A DNA stretch of 64,000 nt from Sphingomonas phyllosphaerae (GTDB lineage: Bacteria > Pseudomonadota > Alphaproteobacteria > Sphingomonadales > Sphingomonadaceae). Made by a program: the position numbers and the translations under genes. Of this stretch, positions 56,126 to 64,000 are shown piece by piece. The stretch is taken from assembly GCF_036946485.1 (NCBI RefSeq), contig NZ_JAQIJA010000005.1, positions 431,164 to 495,163 of the forward strand, written 5' to 3'. Below the pieces are notes generated by a model, which did not search any database, was not told the DNA's origin, and worked only from the letters and a program-made list of their open reading frames with translations. How positions within the stretch are numbered: the first letter of the stretch is position 1; each line of letters starts with the position of its first letter.

Positions 56126-57151
56126 TTACGGCAGCAACAGGCTCGCGTCGCCGTAGGAATAGAAGCGATAGTCGTGCTCGATCGCATAGGCATAGGCCGC
56201 CTGCATCCGGTCGAGCCCCATCAGCGCCGATACCAGCATGAACAATGTCGAGCGCGGCAGGTGGAAGTTGGTCATCAGCCCGTCGATGCCGCGGAAGCGA
56301 TAGCCGGGGGTGATGAAGATCGACGTGTCGCCCTCGAACGGCTGGATGCCGCCGTCCGCGTCGGTCGCGCTCTCGATCAACCGTAGCGAGGTGGTGCCGA
56401 CCGCGATCACCCGCCCGCCGCGCGCGCGCACCGCATTGAGCCGCGCGGCGGTGGCGGCGTCGATCCGGCCCCATTCGGCGTGCATCTTGTGGTCGGCGGT
56501 GTCCTCGGCCTTGACCGGCAGGAACGTGCCGGCGCCGACATGGAGCGTCAGCGTCGCGTGCTCGACCCCGGCGGACTCCAGCGCGGCGAGCAGCGCGGGG
56601 GTGAAGTGCAGCGCGGCGGTCGGTGCGGCCACCGCGCCCGGCTCGGCCGCGAACATCGTCTGGTAATCCTGCGCGTCGCGCGCGTCGGTGTCGCGCTTGC
56701 CCGCGATATAGGGCGGCAGCGGCATCCGCCCGGCGCGCTCCAGCAGCAGCTCGACCGGCTCCTCACCCGCGAAGACCAGCGCCCAACTGCCATCCTCGGC
56801 ACGGTCGTGCGCGGTGGCGACCACCTCCTGCCCGAAGTCGATCGCATCGCCGTCGCGCAGCCGCCGCGCGTTGCGGACGAACGCGCGCCAGCGGCGCGGC
56901 CCCTCGCGCTTGTGGAGCGTCGCGCCGATCCGCGCCGATCCGCGCGTGCCCTCCAGCTGCGCGGGGATGACGCGGGTGTCGTTGAACACCAGCAGGTCGC
57001 CCGCGCGGAGCTGCGCCGGCAGGTCGGCGACGATCCGGTCGGCGAGCCCGTCGGGCGTGACCACCAGCATCCGCGCCGCGTCGCGCGGGGCGGCGGGGCG
57101 CAGCGCGATCCGCTCCGGCGGGAGCGTGAAGTCGAACAGATCGACGTTCAT
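56126..57151 (-). CDS. queA: S-adenosylmethionine:tRNA ribosyltransferase-isomerase
   Basis: 341-aa [22 protein letters not shown]..., LPPYI, and [10 protein letters not shown] at the C-terminus. Confidence 0.95.
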   Translation of the reverse strand: MNVDLFDFTLPPERIALRPAAPRDAARMLVVTPDGLADRIVADLPAQLRAGDLLVFNDTRVIPAQLEGTRGSARIGATLHKREGPRRWRAFVRNARRLRDGDAIDFGQEVVATAHDRAEDGSWALVFAGEEPVELLLERAGRMPLPPYIAGKRDTDARDAQDYQTMFAAEPGAVAAPTAALHFTPALLAALESAGVEHATLTLHVGAGTFLPVKAEDTADHKMHAEWGRIDAATAARLNAVRARGGRVIAVGTTSLRLIESATDADGGIQPFEGDTSIFITPGYRFRGIDGLMTNFHLPRSTLFMLVSALMGLDRMQAAYAYAIEHDYRFYSYGDASLLLP

Positions 57152-57155
57152 TGTG

Positions 57156-57830
57156 TCAGCGGCGGGCGGCGCGCTTCTTGGGCGCGGGCTGCGTGCCCGG
57201 TAGCGTGGGGAGCGTCGCCGGCAGCGTCGGCGGCGGCGCGACCGCCAGCGGCTGATATGCCAAGGGATTGTCCGACGCGATATAGGCGTGGACGATCCGC
57301 GACGGATTCTGCGGCGGCTCGCCCTTTTCGATCAGGTCGACGTAGTTCATGCCGGTCGTCACGCGGCCGAACACGGTGTACTTCTTGTCGAGCTGGAAGC
57401 GCGGTTGCAGCACGATGTAGAACTGGCTGTTGGCGCTGTCTTCCTTCTCGGCGCGCGCCGCCGCCACCGCGCCGCGGACGTGCGGCAGGTAATTGAACTC
57501 GGCGGGCAGGTCGGGAAGCGTGCTGCCGCCGGTGCCGTCGCCCCTGGGATCGCCGCCCTGCGCCATGAAGCCGTCGATCACGCGATGGAAGGTCAGCCCG
57601 TCGTAGAAATGCTGGCGGGTCAGCGTCTTGATCCGCTCGACCATCTTGGGCGCGACATCGGGGCGCAGCGCCACCTCGACCCGGCCGCCCGTCGAGAGAT
57701 CGAGCACCCAGACGTTGCTCTTGTCGGTCAGCGGCGGGGCGGGCAGCCGGTCCTGCGTGGTCACCTGGGCGGAAGCGGCGACGGACGCGGTCGCGGCGAG
57801 CGCGGCGGCAAGAAGGGCGAACGGGCGCAT
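57156..57830 (-). CDS. Cyclophilin-type peptidyl-prolyl cis-trans isomerase (secreted)
   Basis: 224-aa ORF. Signal peptide. [30 protein letters not shown]. Confidence 0.9.
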   Translation of the reverse strand: MRPFALLAAALAATASVAASAQVTTQDRLPAPPLTDKSNVWVLDLSTGGRVEVALRPDVAPKMVERIKTLTRQHFYDGLTFHRVIDGFMAQGGDPRGDGTGGSTLPDLPAEFNYLPHVRGAVAAARAEKEDSANSQFYIVLQPRFQLDKKYTVFGRVTTGMNYVDLIEKGEPPQNPSRIVHAYIASDNPLAYQPLAVAPPPTLPATLPTLPGTQPAPKKRAARR

Positions 57831-57976
57831 CGGGTCTTTCGGATCGGATCAGTGGGTTCTGTTTCGCCCTAGACCAGAAACGCGCTTGCGCCAAACTGAA
57901 CGCGTGGCGGCGTGAGACAGGAATCCGCGCCTGTCGTCCCCGCGGCGGCGAGACCTTTGCGGAGCCAATTTCCGTG

Positions 57977-58059
57977 CGTCATCCCGGACTTGATCCGGGA
58001 TCCCGCTTCTACCTGGTTCGCGAGAAGAAGCGGGGCCCCGGATCAAGTCCGGGGCGATG
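57977..58059. repeat. Hairpin repeat family 2, copy C
   Basis: cgtcatcccggacttgatccgggatcccgcttct...agaagcggggccccggatcaagtccggggcgatg, downstream of coaD. Confidence 0.8.
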
Positions 58060-58129
58060 AGCGAGCGGAACGTCCGGATCGAAAGTGACGCCGGTTCATG
58101 ATGGAACCCAGAGGATCGATCCCGACGAC

Positions 58130-58630
58130 TCAGCTTCCCCGCCGACCATCCCGCTCGACGCGCGCCACCACCTCGTCGCGCACCGCCGGGCTGACGAACT
58201 TGCCGATATGGCCGCCGAAGATCGCGATTTCCTTCACCAGCCGCGACGCGATCGGTTGCAGGCAGACGTCGGCCATCAGGAAGACCGTCTCGATCCGGTC
58301 GTTCAGCTGCTGGTTCATCCCCGCCATCTGATATTCGTATTCGAAATCGGCGACGGCGCGCAGGCCGCGGACGATCATCGTCGCCCCTTCCCGCTCGGCG
58401 AAGTCCATGAGCAGCGAATCGAACGACACGACGCGGATGTCACCGCCGATCGCGGCGACTTCGCGCTCGACCATCGCCATCCGCTCACCCAGCGAAAACA
58501 TCGGCGACTTGCCCGGATTGGTGGTGACGCCCACCACCAGCCGGTCGACCAGCTTCGCGCCGCGCCGGATGATGTCCATATGCCCCAGCGTGATCGGATC
58601 GAAGGTGCCGGGATAGACGCCGATACGCAT
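58130..58630 (-). CDS. coaD: Pantetheine-phosphate adenylyltransferase
   Basis: 166-aa ORF. MRIGVYPGTFDPITLGHMDIIRRG. Confidence 0.95.
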   Translation of the reverse strand: MRIGVYPGTFDPITLGHMDIIRRGAKLVDRLVVGVTTNPGKSPMFSLGERMAMVEREVAAIGGDIRVVSFDSLLMDFAEREGATMIVRGLRAVADFEYEYQMAGMNQQLNDRIETVFLMADVCLQPIASRLVKEIAIFGGHIGKFVSPAVRDEVVARVERDGRRGS

Positions 58631-58645
58631 GGGGAAGCCTTCCGG

Positions 58646-59554
58646 TCAGCCGCGACGATCGATGACGAAGCGCGCGATCGCGCGGAGCAATTCGGCCTCC
58701 TCGCCATAGCTGCGCAGATGGTCGATCGCCTGATCGACCAGCATCCGCGATTGCTGGCGCGCGCGGTCGACGCCGAGCAGCGAGACGAACGTCTCCTTGC
58801 CCTGCTCGCCGTCCTTGCGCAGCTTCTTGCCGGCCAGTTCCTCGTCGCCCTCGACGTCGAGCAGGTCGTCGACGATCTGGAACGCGAGCCCGAGGTCGTG
58901 CGCATAGCCGCGCAGGTGGCGGCGGCCCTCCGGCGGGATACGCCCGAGGATCGCCCCGCCCTCCACCGCCGCGCCGATCAGCGCGCCGGTCTTCATCTGC
59001 TGGAGCCGGGTGACGGTGTTCAGGTCGAAGCGCGTGCCGTCGGCCTTGAGGTCCATCGCCTGCCCGCCCGCCATCCCCGACGGGCCGGAGGCGCGCGCGA
59101 GGTCGGCGATCAACTCGGCACGGACAAAGGGGTCGGCATGTGTCGCGGGATCGGCGAGCACCTCGAACGCCAGGGCATGGAGGCAGTCTCCGGCGAGGAT
59201 CGCGGTCGCCTCATCGAACGCCTTGTGGACGGTCGCCTTGCCGTGGCGCAGATCGTCGTCGTCCATCGCGGGCAGATCGTCGTGGATCAGCGAATAGACG
59301 TGGATCGCCTCCAGCGCGACCGCGACGCGCGCCGCGGCATCGCGCGCGACGTCGAACAGCCGCGCGGTCGCGAACACCAGCAACGGACGCAGCCGCTTGC
59401 CGCCACCGATCGTGGCGTGGCGCATCGCGCGATACAGGTCCGCGCGCGGATCGTCGGGGATCGGCAGCAGCGCGTCGAAGCGCCGGTCCATCTCCGCCGA
59501 CACTTCCTTGAGCGCCGCCTTGAGCTGCGGCGAGGCGTTGGCGGCGACGCTCAT
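58646..59554 (-). CDS. ispA: Polyprenyl (farnesyl/geranyl) diphosphate synthase
   Basis: In frame with track ORF 58646..59650. ATG 59554 (MSVAANASPQ). First and second Asp-rich motifs LIHDDLPAMDDDDLRHG and FQIVDDLLD. ATGA overlap with xseB. Confidence 0.85.
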   Translation of the reverse strand: MSVAANASPQLKAALKEVSAEMDRRFDALLPIPDDPRADLYRAMRHATIGGGKRLRPLLVFATARLFDVARDAAARVAVALEAIHVYSLIHDDLPAMDDDDLRHGKATVHKAFDEATAILAGDCLHALAFEVLADPATHADPFVRAELIADLARASGPSGMAGGQAMDLKADGTRFDLNTVTRLQQMKTGALIGAAVEGGAILGRIPPEGRRHLRGYAHDLGLAFQIVDDLLDVEGDEELAGKKLRKDGEQGKETFVSLLGVDRARQQSRMLVDQAIDHLRSYGEEAELLRAIARFVIDRRG

Positions 59555-59790
59555 CCGGCGGCGAACGGCTCGACCGCGGCGGGGCGCCCGTCGGCGCCGG
59601 TACGGATCGCCTCGATCCGCGCCTGGGCGGCATCCAGCCGGTCGGCGCACCGCTGCCGCAGCACGCTGCCGCGCTCGTACAGGCGGATCGCCTCCTCCAG
59701 CGGGGTATCACCCGATTCAAGCCGCGCGACGATCTCCTCGAGTTCGCGCAGACCGGCTTCGAAGGACAGCGTCTCGGTCGAATTCTCCAT
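59551..59790 (-). CDS. xseB: Exodeoxyribonuclease VII small subunit
   Basis: ATG 59790 (MENSTETLSFEAGLRELEEIVARLESGDTPLEEAIRLYERG). Confidence 0.9.
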   Translation of the reverse strand: MENSTETLSFEAGLRELEEIVARLESGDTPLEEAIRLYERGSVLRQRCADRLDAAQARIEAIRTGADGRPAAVEPFAAG

Positions 59791-59840
59791 GACCGGGCTA
59801 TGCGCCGCGCAACCGCGACGGGTCAAGGAGATGCCGCAGG

Positions 59841-60131
59841 TTAGGCGGCGCGGCGCTGCATCCCGCCGAGCACGTCGCGCGCGGCGCGCTGCGCATTGGC
59901 GATCTCACGCGCGGTCATGTCCTCGGCGATGTCCGAGCGCGCGGCGGCGGCGGCGTCATTGCCCCAGGCGGCCGACAGGTTGAACCACTTGTGCGCCTCG
60001 ATCAGGTCGAGGATCGCACCCATGGTGCCGGTCGAATAGGCGACACCCAGATCATAGGCGGCGTCGCTGTCGCCGCGGGTCGCTTCGTTGGTGCGGCGCG
60101 CTAACAGCGCGAGGTCGAATTCAGTTACCAT
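59841..60131 (-). CDS. Sel1-repeat-like small protein
   Basis: GGAGG before ATG 60131 (MVTEFD). AAYDLGVAYSTG...EAHKWFNLSAAWGN pattern. Confidence 0.55.
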   Translation of the reverse strand: MVTEFDLALLARRTNEATRGDSDAAYDLGVAYSTGTMGAILDLIEAHKWFNLSAAWGNDAAAAARSDIAEDMTAREIANAQRAARDVLGGMQRRAA

Positions 60132-60240
60132 CGGATCACCCCTCCATCCTTCAATGTGAGAGGGGTTGTGCACCGATTCGGCTCACCAAATGGTTAAGGC
60201 CGCGATCATCTAAGCCAGTGACGCCAAATGGCTGGTCCGA

Positions 60241-61083
60241 TCACGCCGGATCGACCGCAAGGTTGTCGATCAGCCGCGTGTTGCCCAGCCGCGCGGCGGC
60301 CAGCAACTGGCGCCGCCGCCCCGGTGCGGGATCGCTTTCGAGCGTCTCGGCATCGACCAGCGCGACATAATCGACGGTGAAGCCGGCCGCGACCAGCGTC
60401 GCGGTCGCATCCGCCAACGCCTTCTCGACATCGCCCCCGCCCAGCACCGCACGCGCCGCGACGCCCAGCGCCCGGGGCAGCGCCACCGCTTTCTGACGCT
60501 CCTCGGGCAACAGATAGACGTTGCGCGACGACAGCGCGAGGCCGTCGTCCTCGCGCTGGGTGGGGACGCCGGTGACCTCGATGTCGAAATCGAGGTCGGC
60601 GACCATCCGCCGGATCACGGCGAGCTGCTGGAAATCCTTCTCGCCGAAATAGGCGCGGGTCGGGCGGACCTGGTTGAACAGCTTGGCGACGACGGTCGCG
60701 ACCCCGTCGAAATGGCCGGGCCGCGCCGCCCCGTCCCAACCGTCGCTGACGCCCGATACCGATACGTTCGTCGCGAAGCCCGCCGGGTACATCTGCTCGA
60801 CCGGCGGCAACCACAAGACATCGCAGCCCGCGTCGGTGAGCATGGCGATGTCGCTGACCTCCTTGCGGGGGTAGCGCGACAGGTCCTCGTTGGCGCCGAA
60901 CTGCTTGGGATTGACGAAGATCGACGCGACGACCAGCGCCCCGGGGCGCCGCGCCGCCTCGACCAGGGCGATGTGCCCGGCATGGAGCGCCCCCATCGTC
61001 GGCACCAGCGCCACCTCACGCCCGCCGGCGCGCGCTGCCTCCAGCGCGGCGCGCAGGCCGGCGAGATCACGATATACTTCCAC
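60241..61083 (-). CDS. panC: Pantoate--beta-alanine ligase
   Basis: 280-aa ORF. VPTMGALHAGHIALV, FVNPKQFG, and the rest are typical PanC. Confidence 0.95.
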   Translation of the reverse strand: MEVYRDLAGLRAALEAARAGGREVALVPTMGALHAGHIALVEAARRPGALVVASIFVNPKQFGANEDLSRYPRKEVSDIAMLTDAGCDVLWLPPVEQMYPAGFATNVSVSGVSDGWDGAARPGHFDGVATVVAKLFNQVRPTRAYFGEKDFQQLAVIRRMVADLDFDIEVTGVPTQREDDGLALSSRNVYLLPEERQKAVALPRALGVAARAVLGGGDVEKALADATATLVAAGFTVDYVALVDAETLESDPAPGRRRQLLAAARLGNTRLIDNLAVDPA

Positions 61084-61157
61084 CCGTTACCCCTCGAAAC
61101 TCGCGGTCGGGGGTTCTATGGTCGGGGCAGGACGCAATCAATCGAGGATGCGACGAA

Positions 61158-61967
61158 TTGTCCGAAACGGGGACGGAAGCGCAACACGGTCGCACGCATG
61201 TGATTGTGTTCGCCAACGAAAAGGGTGGCACGGGCAAGTCGACGACGGCGGTCCACGTCGCGATCGCGCTGGCCGCGAAGGGCGCGCGCGTGGCGTGCAT
61301 CGACCTCGATCATCGCCAGCGGACGCTGGGGCGCTATCTCGACAATCGCGAGGCGACGGTGAAGCGCGCGGGCATCGATCTGGCGGTGCCGGTCCATGCC
61401 ACGGGTGACGGGCGCGCCGACGGCAGCTTCGGCGGGTTGTACCGGGACTTCACCGACGGCTACGACTTTCTCGTCATCGACACGCCGGGACGCGACGATC
61501 CGGCGGCGCGCATCGCCGCCGCGCTGGCCGACACGCTGGTGACGCCGATGAACGACAGTTTCGTCGACTTCGACCTGATCGGGCAGGTCGATCCCGAAAC
61601 CTACAAGGTGGTGCGCCCCAGTTTCTATTCGGAGCTGATCTGGGACGCGCGCAAGGCCCGCGCGCGTGAGGACGGCACGACGATCGACTGGGTCGTGCTG
61701 CGCAACCGCCTGCAATATCTGGAGGCGCGCAACATGCGCCGCGTGTCCGAAGCGCTCGACCAGCTCGCGCGGCGCGTCGGCTTCCGCATCATCCCCGGCC
61801 TGGGCGAGCGCGTGATCTATCGCGAATTGTTCCCCAAGGGGCTGACGCTGCTCGACGCCAAGGAGTTCGGCGGGATGGGGCTGAGCCATGTCGCCGCGCG
61901 GCAGGAGCTGCGCGAGATGATGGCGGCGCTGGCGCTGCCCGAAGTCGGCGCGACGCAGGCCGCCTGA
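61158..61967 (+). CDS. mipZ: ParA-like division-plane positioning ATPase MipZ
   Basis: 269-aa ORF. HVIVFANEKGGTGKSTTAVHVAIALA..IDLDHRQRTLGRYLDNR. Divergent from panC, as in other alphaproteobacteria. Confidence 0.85.
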   Translation: MSETGTEAQHGRTHVIVFANEKGGTGKSTTAVHVAIALAAKGARVACIDLDHRQRTLGRYLDNREATVKRAGIDLAVPVHATGDGRADGSFGGLYRDFTDGYDFLVIDTPGRDDPAARIAAALADTLVTPMNDSFVDFDLIGQVDPETYKVVRPSFYSELIWDARKARAREDGTTIDWVVLRNRLQYLEARNMRRVSEALDQLARRVGFRIIPGLGERVIYRELFPKGLTLLDAKEFGGMGLSHVAARQELREMMAALALPEVGATQAA

Positions 61968-61969
61968 CG

Positions 61970-62236
61970 ATGCTGATGAAATGGGTCGTCGCCGCGCTGA
62001 TCGTGTGGGGCGTGTGGATGCTGCTCCGCAAACCGGCGAAGAAGCGCGTCTCGCCACTCGGCGAGGCGCGGCGCGTGCTGGGCGTCGATGCGCGCGCCGA
62101 CGCGGGCGAGATCCGCGCCGCGCATCGCCGGCTGATGAGCGAGCTGCACCCCGATCGCGGCGGTTCCGAACAGCGCGCGCGGCGCGTCAATGCCGCGCGC
62201 GACACATTGCTCGCCGCGCTGAAGGACCCGCGATGA
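61970..62236 (+). CDS. Membrane-anchored J-domain protein
   Basis: 88-aa ORF. N-terminal TM, then LGVDARADAGEIRAAHRRLMSELHPDRGG (HPD motif). Confidence 0.7.
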   Translation: MLMKWVVAALIVWGVWMLLRKPAKKRVSPLGEARRVLGVDARADAGEIRAAHRRLMSELHPDRGGSEQRARRVNAARDTLLAALKDPR

Positions 62237-63603
62237 CGCACCGGCTCTCGCCCGAGATCCTGCGCGCCTATGACATTCGCGGGCGCGTCGGCGACACGCT
62301 GACCGAGGCCGATGCCTGGGCGGTCGGGCGCGGCTTCGCGACGCGCATCCGACGCGCGGGCGGGACGCGCGTCGCGGTCGGCTATGACGGGCGGACGCAT
62401 TCGCCGATGCTGGAGGCGGCGCTGGTCGCCGGGCTGATCGCCTCGGGCGTGGACGTCGTCCGCATCGGGGTCGGGCCGTCGCCGATGCTCTATTATGCCG
62501 CCGCAACGCTAGAAGTGGATGGCGGCGTACAGGTAACGGGCAGCCATAATCCCCGCGAGGACAATGGCTTCAAGCTGGTGATGCAGGGCAACAGCTTTTG
62601 CGGGCCGGACGTGCGCGATCTCGCGCGGCTCGCCGAGACCGGCGACTGGGAGGTCGGCGCCGGCACCGTCACCCAGGCCGAGGTGCTCGACGCCTATGTC
62701 GGGCGGCTGCTCGCCGGCTATGCGGGTGGCACCTACCGGATCGGCTGGGACGCCGGCAACGGCGCCGCCGGTCCCGCCATCCGGGCGCTGACCGCGCAGC
62801 TTCCGGGCGAACATCATCTGTTGTTCTGCGACATCGACGGTACCTTCCCCAACCACCACCCCGACCCGACGGTGGAGGCCAATCTCGCACAGCTTCAGGC
62901 GCTGGTGGCGGAGAAGAAGCTCGATTTCGGATTGGCTTTCGACGGCGACGGCGATCGGATCGGCGCGGTCGACGCGCAGGGGCGCGTGTTGTGGGGCGAC
63001 GAGATCCTGTCGATCCTGGTCGGGCCGATCCTCGCCGAACTGCCGGGCAGCACGATCGTCGCCGACGTGAAATCGAGCGACGCCTTGTTCGAACGGATCA
63101 CCGCGTTGGGCGGCACGCCGGTGATGTGGCGGACCGGGCACAGCGAGATCAAGACGAAGATGAAGGCGCTCGGCGCGCCGCTGGCCGGCGAGCTGTCCGG
63201 GCATATCTTCTTCGCGCACCATTATTACGGGTTCGACGATGCGCTCTATGCCGCGGTGCGGCTGATCCATGCGGTGCATCTGTCGGGGCGCTCGCTGACC
63301 GAGCTGCGCGAGGACACCTCCGCGCGGGTCGCGACCCCCGAATGGCGCGTCCCGGTCGCCGAGGCGCGCAAGGTCGCGGTGGTCGAGGAGGTGGCCGCGC
63401 GACTGTCCGAACAGGGCGCGCGCGTGACCGTCACCGATGGCGTGCGCGTGTCGACCGACGACGGCTGGTGGCTGCTGCGCGCCTCGAACACGCAGGCCGC
63501 GCTGACGCTGCGCGCCGAGGGCCGCGACGCCGAGGCGCTGGCGCGGCTGGTGGCGGCGATCGATGCGCAACTGGCGGCAAACGGGCTGTCGCGCGCCGGA
63601 TGA
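62233..63603 (+). CDS. Phosphomannomutase/phosphoglucomutase
   Basis: ATG 62233 overlaps the upstream stop. Active-site VTGSHNPREDNGFK, Mg loop FDGDGDR, sugar loop GELSGH. Confidence 0.9.
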   Translation: MTHRLSPEILRAYDIRGRVGDTLTEADAWAVGRGFATRIRRAGGTRVAVGYDGRTHSPMLEAALVAGLIASGVDVVRIGVGPSPMLYYAAATLEVDGGVQVTGSHNPREDNGFKLVMQGNSFCGPDVRDLARLAETGDWEVGAGTVTQAEVLDAYVGRLLAGYAGGTYRIGWDAGNGAAGPAIRALTAQLPGEHHLLFCDIDGTFPNHHPDPTVEANLAQLQALVAEKKLDFGLAFDGDGDRIGAVDAQGRVLWGDEILSILVGPILAELPGSTIVADVKSSDALFERITALGGTPVMWRTGHSEIKTKMKALGAPLAGELSGHIFFAHHYYGFDDALYAAVRLIHAVHLSGRSLTELREDTSARVATPEWRVPVAEARKVAVVEEVAARLSEQGARVTVTDGVRVSTDDGWWLLRASNTQAALTLRAEGRDAEALARLVAAIDAQLAANGLSRAG

Positions 63604-63621
63604 CGTTTATTTCCATCCTCT

Positions 63622-63703
63622 CGTCATCCCGGACTTGATCCGGGATCCCGCTTCTTACTTCCGTGGCCAAGAAGCGGGGCCCCGGATCAAGTCCGGGGCG
63701 ACG
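63622..63703. repeat. Hairpin repeat family 2, copy D
   Basis: cgtcatcccggacttgatccgggatcccgcttctt...aagaagcggggccccggatcaagtccggggcgacg, between convergent genes. Confidence 0.8.
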
Positions 63704-63768
63704 AAATAACGAGCCGCCTGGCCCCAGAACTACCGCGTCCATCCCGTACACGCCCGGGAAGCTACCCC

Positions 63769-64000
63769 CTAAGCCTGCTGCACCTCGGGCAGCCACGACA
63801 GATCGCCTTCCTCGCTGCGATCGTTGCGCCCCGCCGCGCGGCGCAGCCCCGCCTCGTCGAGGATCGTGACCCGCCCGGCGGTGCGCGTGATCAGCGCCTG
63901 ATCCTCGAGCTGGCGCAGCATCCGGTTGACATGAACCGCGGTCAGACCGATCGCGTCGCCGATCTCCTCCTGCGTCAACCCGGGGGTGAAGCTGTCGCCG
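63769..64000 (-). CDS. Crp/Fnr family regulator, C-terminal part only (5-prime end beyond the window)
   Basis: HTH TQEEIGDAIGLTAVHVNRMLRQLEDQALI. The frame is open to the window edge. Confidence 0.7.
   Translation of the reverse strand, partial: GDSFTPGLTQEEIGDAIGLTAVHVNRMLRQLEDQALITRTAGRVTILDEAGLRRAAGRNDRSEEGDLSWLPEVQQA

Noticed and set aside
42137-63703. The hairpin repeats as a CRISPR array
   Set aside because: The copies are kilobases apart, belong to two different families, are individually palindromic and sit singly at gene ends. There is no regular repeat-spacer periodicity and there are no cas genes.

Overview
High-GC alphaproteobacterial chromosome segment. It looks Sphingomonadaceae-like; this is an inference from mipZ, a GTTC-N7-GTTC box, several TonB-dependent receptors and the characteristic intergenic hairpin repeats.

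Layout:
- 1-8.7 kb: a three-domain exopolysaccharide enzyme (GH18-like + CE4 deacetylase + GT2, running off the window), a Crp/Fnr regulator, a beta-propeller/amidohydrolase fusion, a low-GC acyltransferase-3 gene and tRNA-Gly(CCC).
- 8657-27823: a 19.2-kb composite genomic island in the 3-prime end of that tRNA, bounded by a perfect 48-bp direct repeat. It holds a low-GC block (IS5-family remnant, small secreted protein, TonB-dependent-receptor-like OMP, frameshifted small gene). Next is an intact tyrosine integrase with four translationally coupled small genes (two are 4-Cys paralogues). Then come a 5-prime-truncated tail-tip/host-specificity gene with collagen-like repeats, a complete lysis cassette (holin-like, GH19 endolysin, overlapping spanin pair) and an SGNH-like protein. 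The attR end carries an SOS-box-fronted unknown gene, a VapBC45-type (DUF433/PIN-like) TA pair, and a second low-GC cargo block bracketed by two decayed copies of a ~52-codon ORF.
- 27.8-46 kb: glycan-degradation genes (GH89, HGSNAT-like acetyltransferase, TBDR, S15 peptidase, GH29), interrupted by a Czc-type RND efflux operon with its two-component system.
- 46-56 kb: glycine-zipper protein, Wzx-like flippase, ATP-grasp protein, an orphan TadE/TadE/TadG cluster, and an ECF sigma/anti-sigma pair beside two ferritin-like paralogues.
- 56-64 kb: core genes (queA, PPIase, coaD, ispA, xseB, panC, mipZ, phosphomannomutase).

Two families of hairpin repeats (6 copies) sit at gene 3-prime ends. I found no rRNA and no CRISPR. 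Many long ORFs in the track are Arg/Gly-rich antisense shadows of real genes. All functional calls come from reading motifs by eye; no database search was run.
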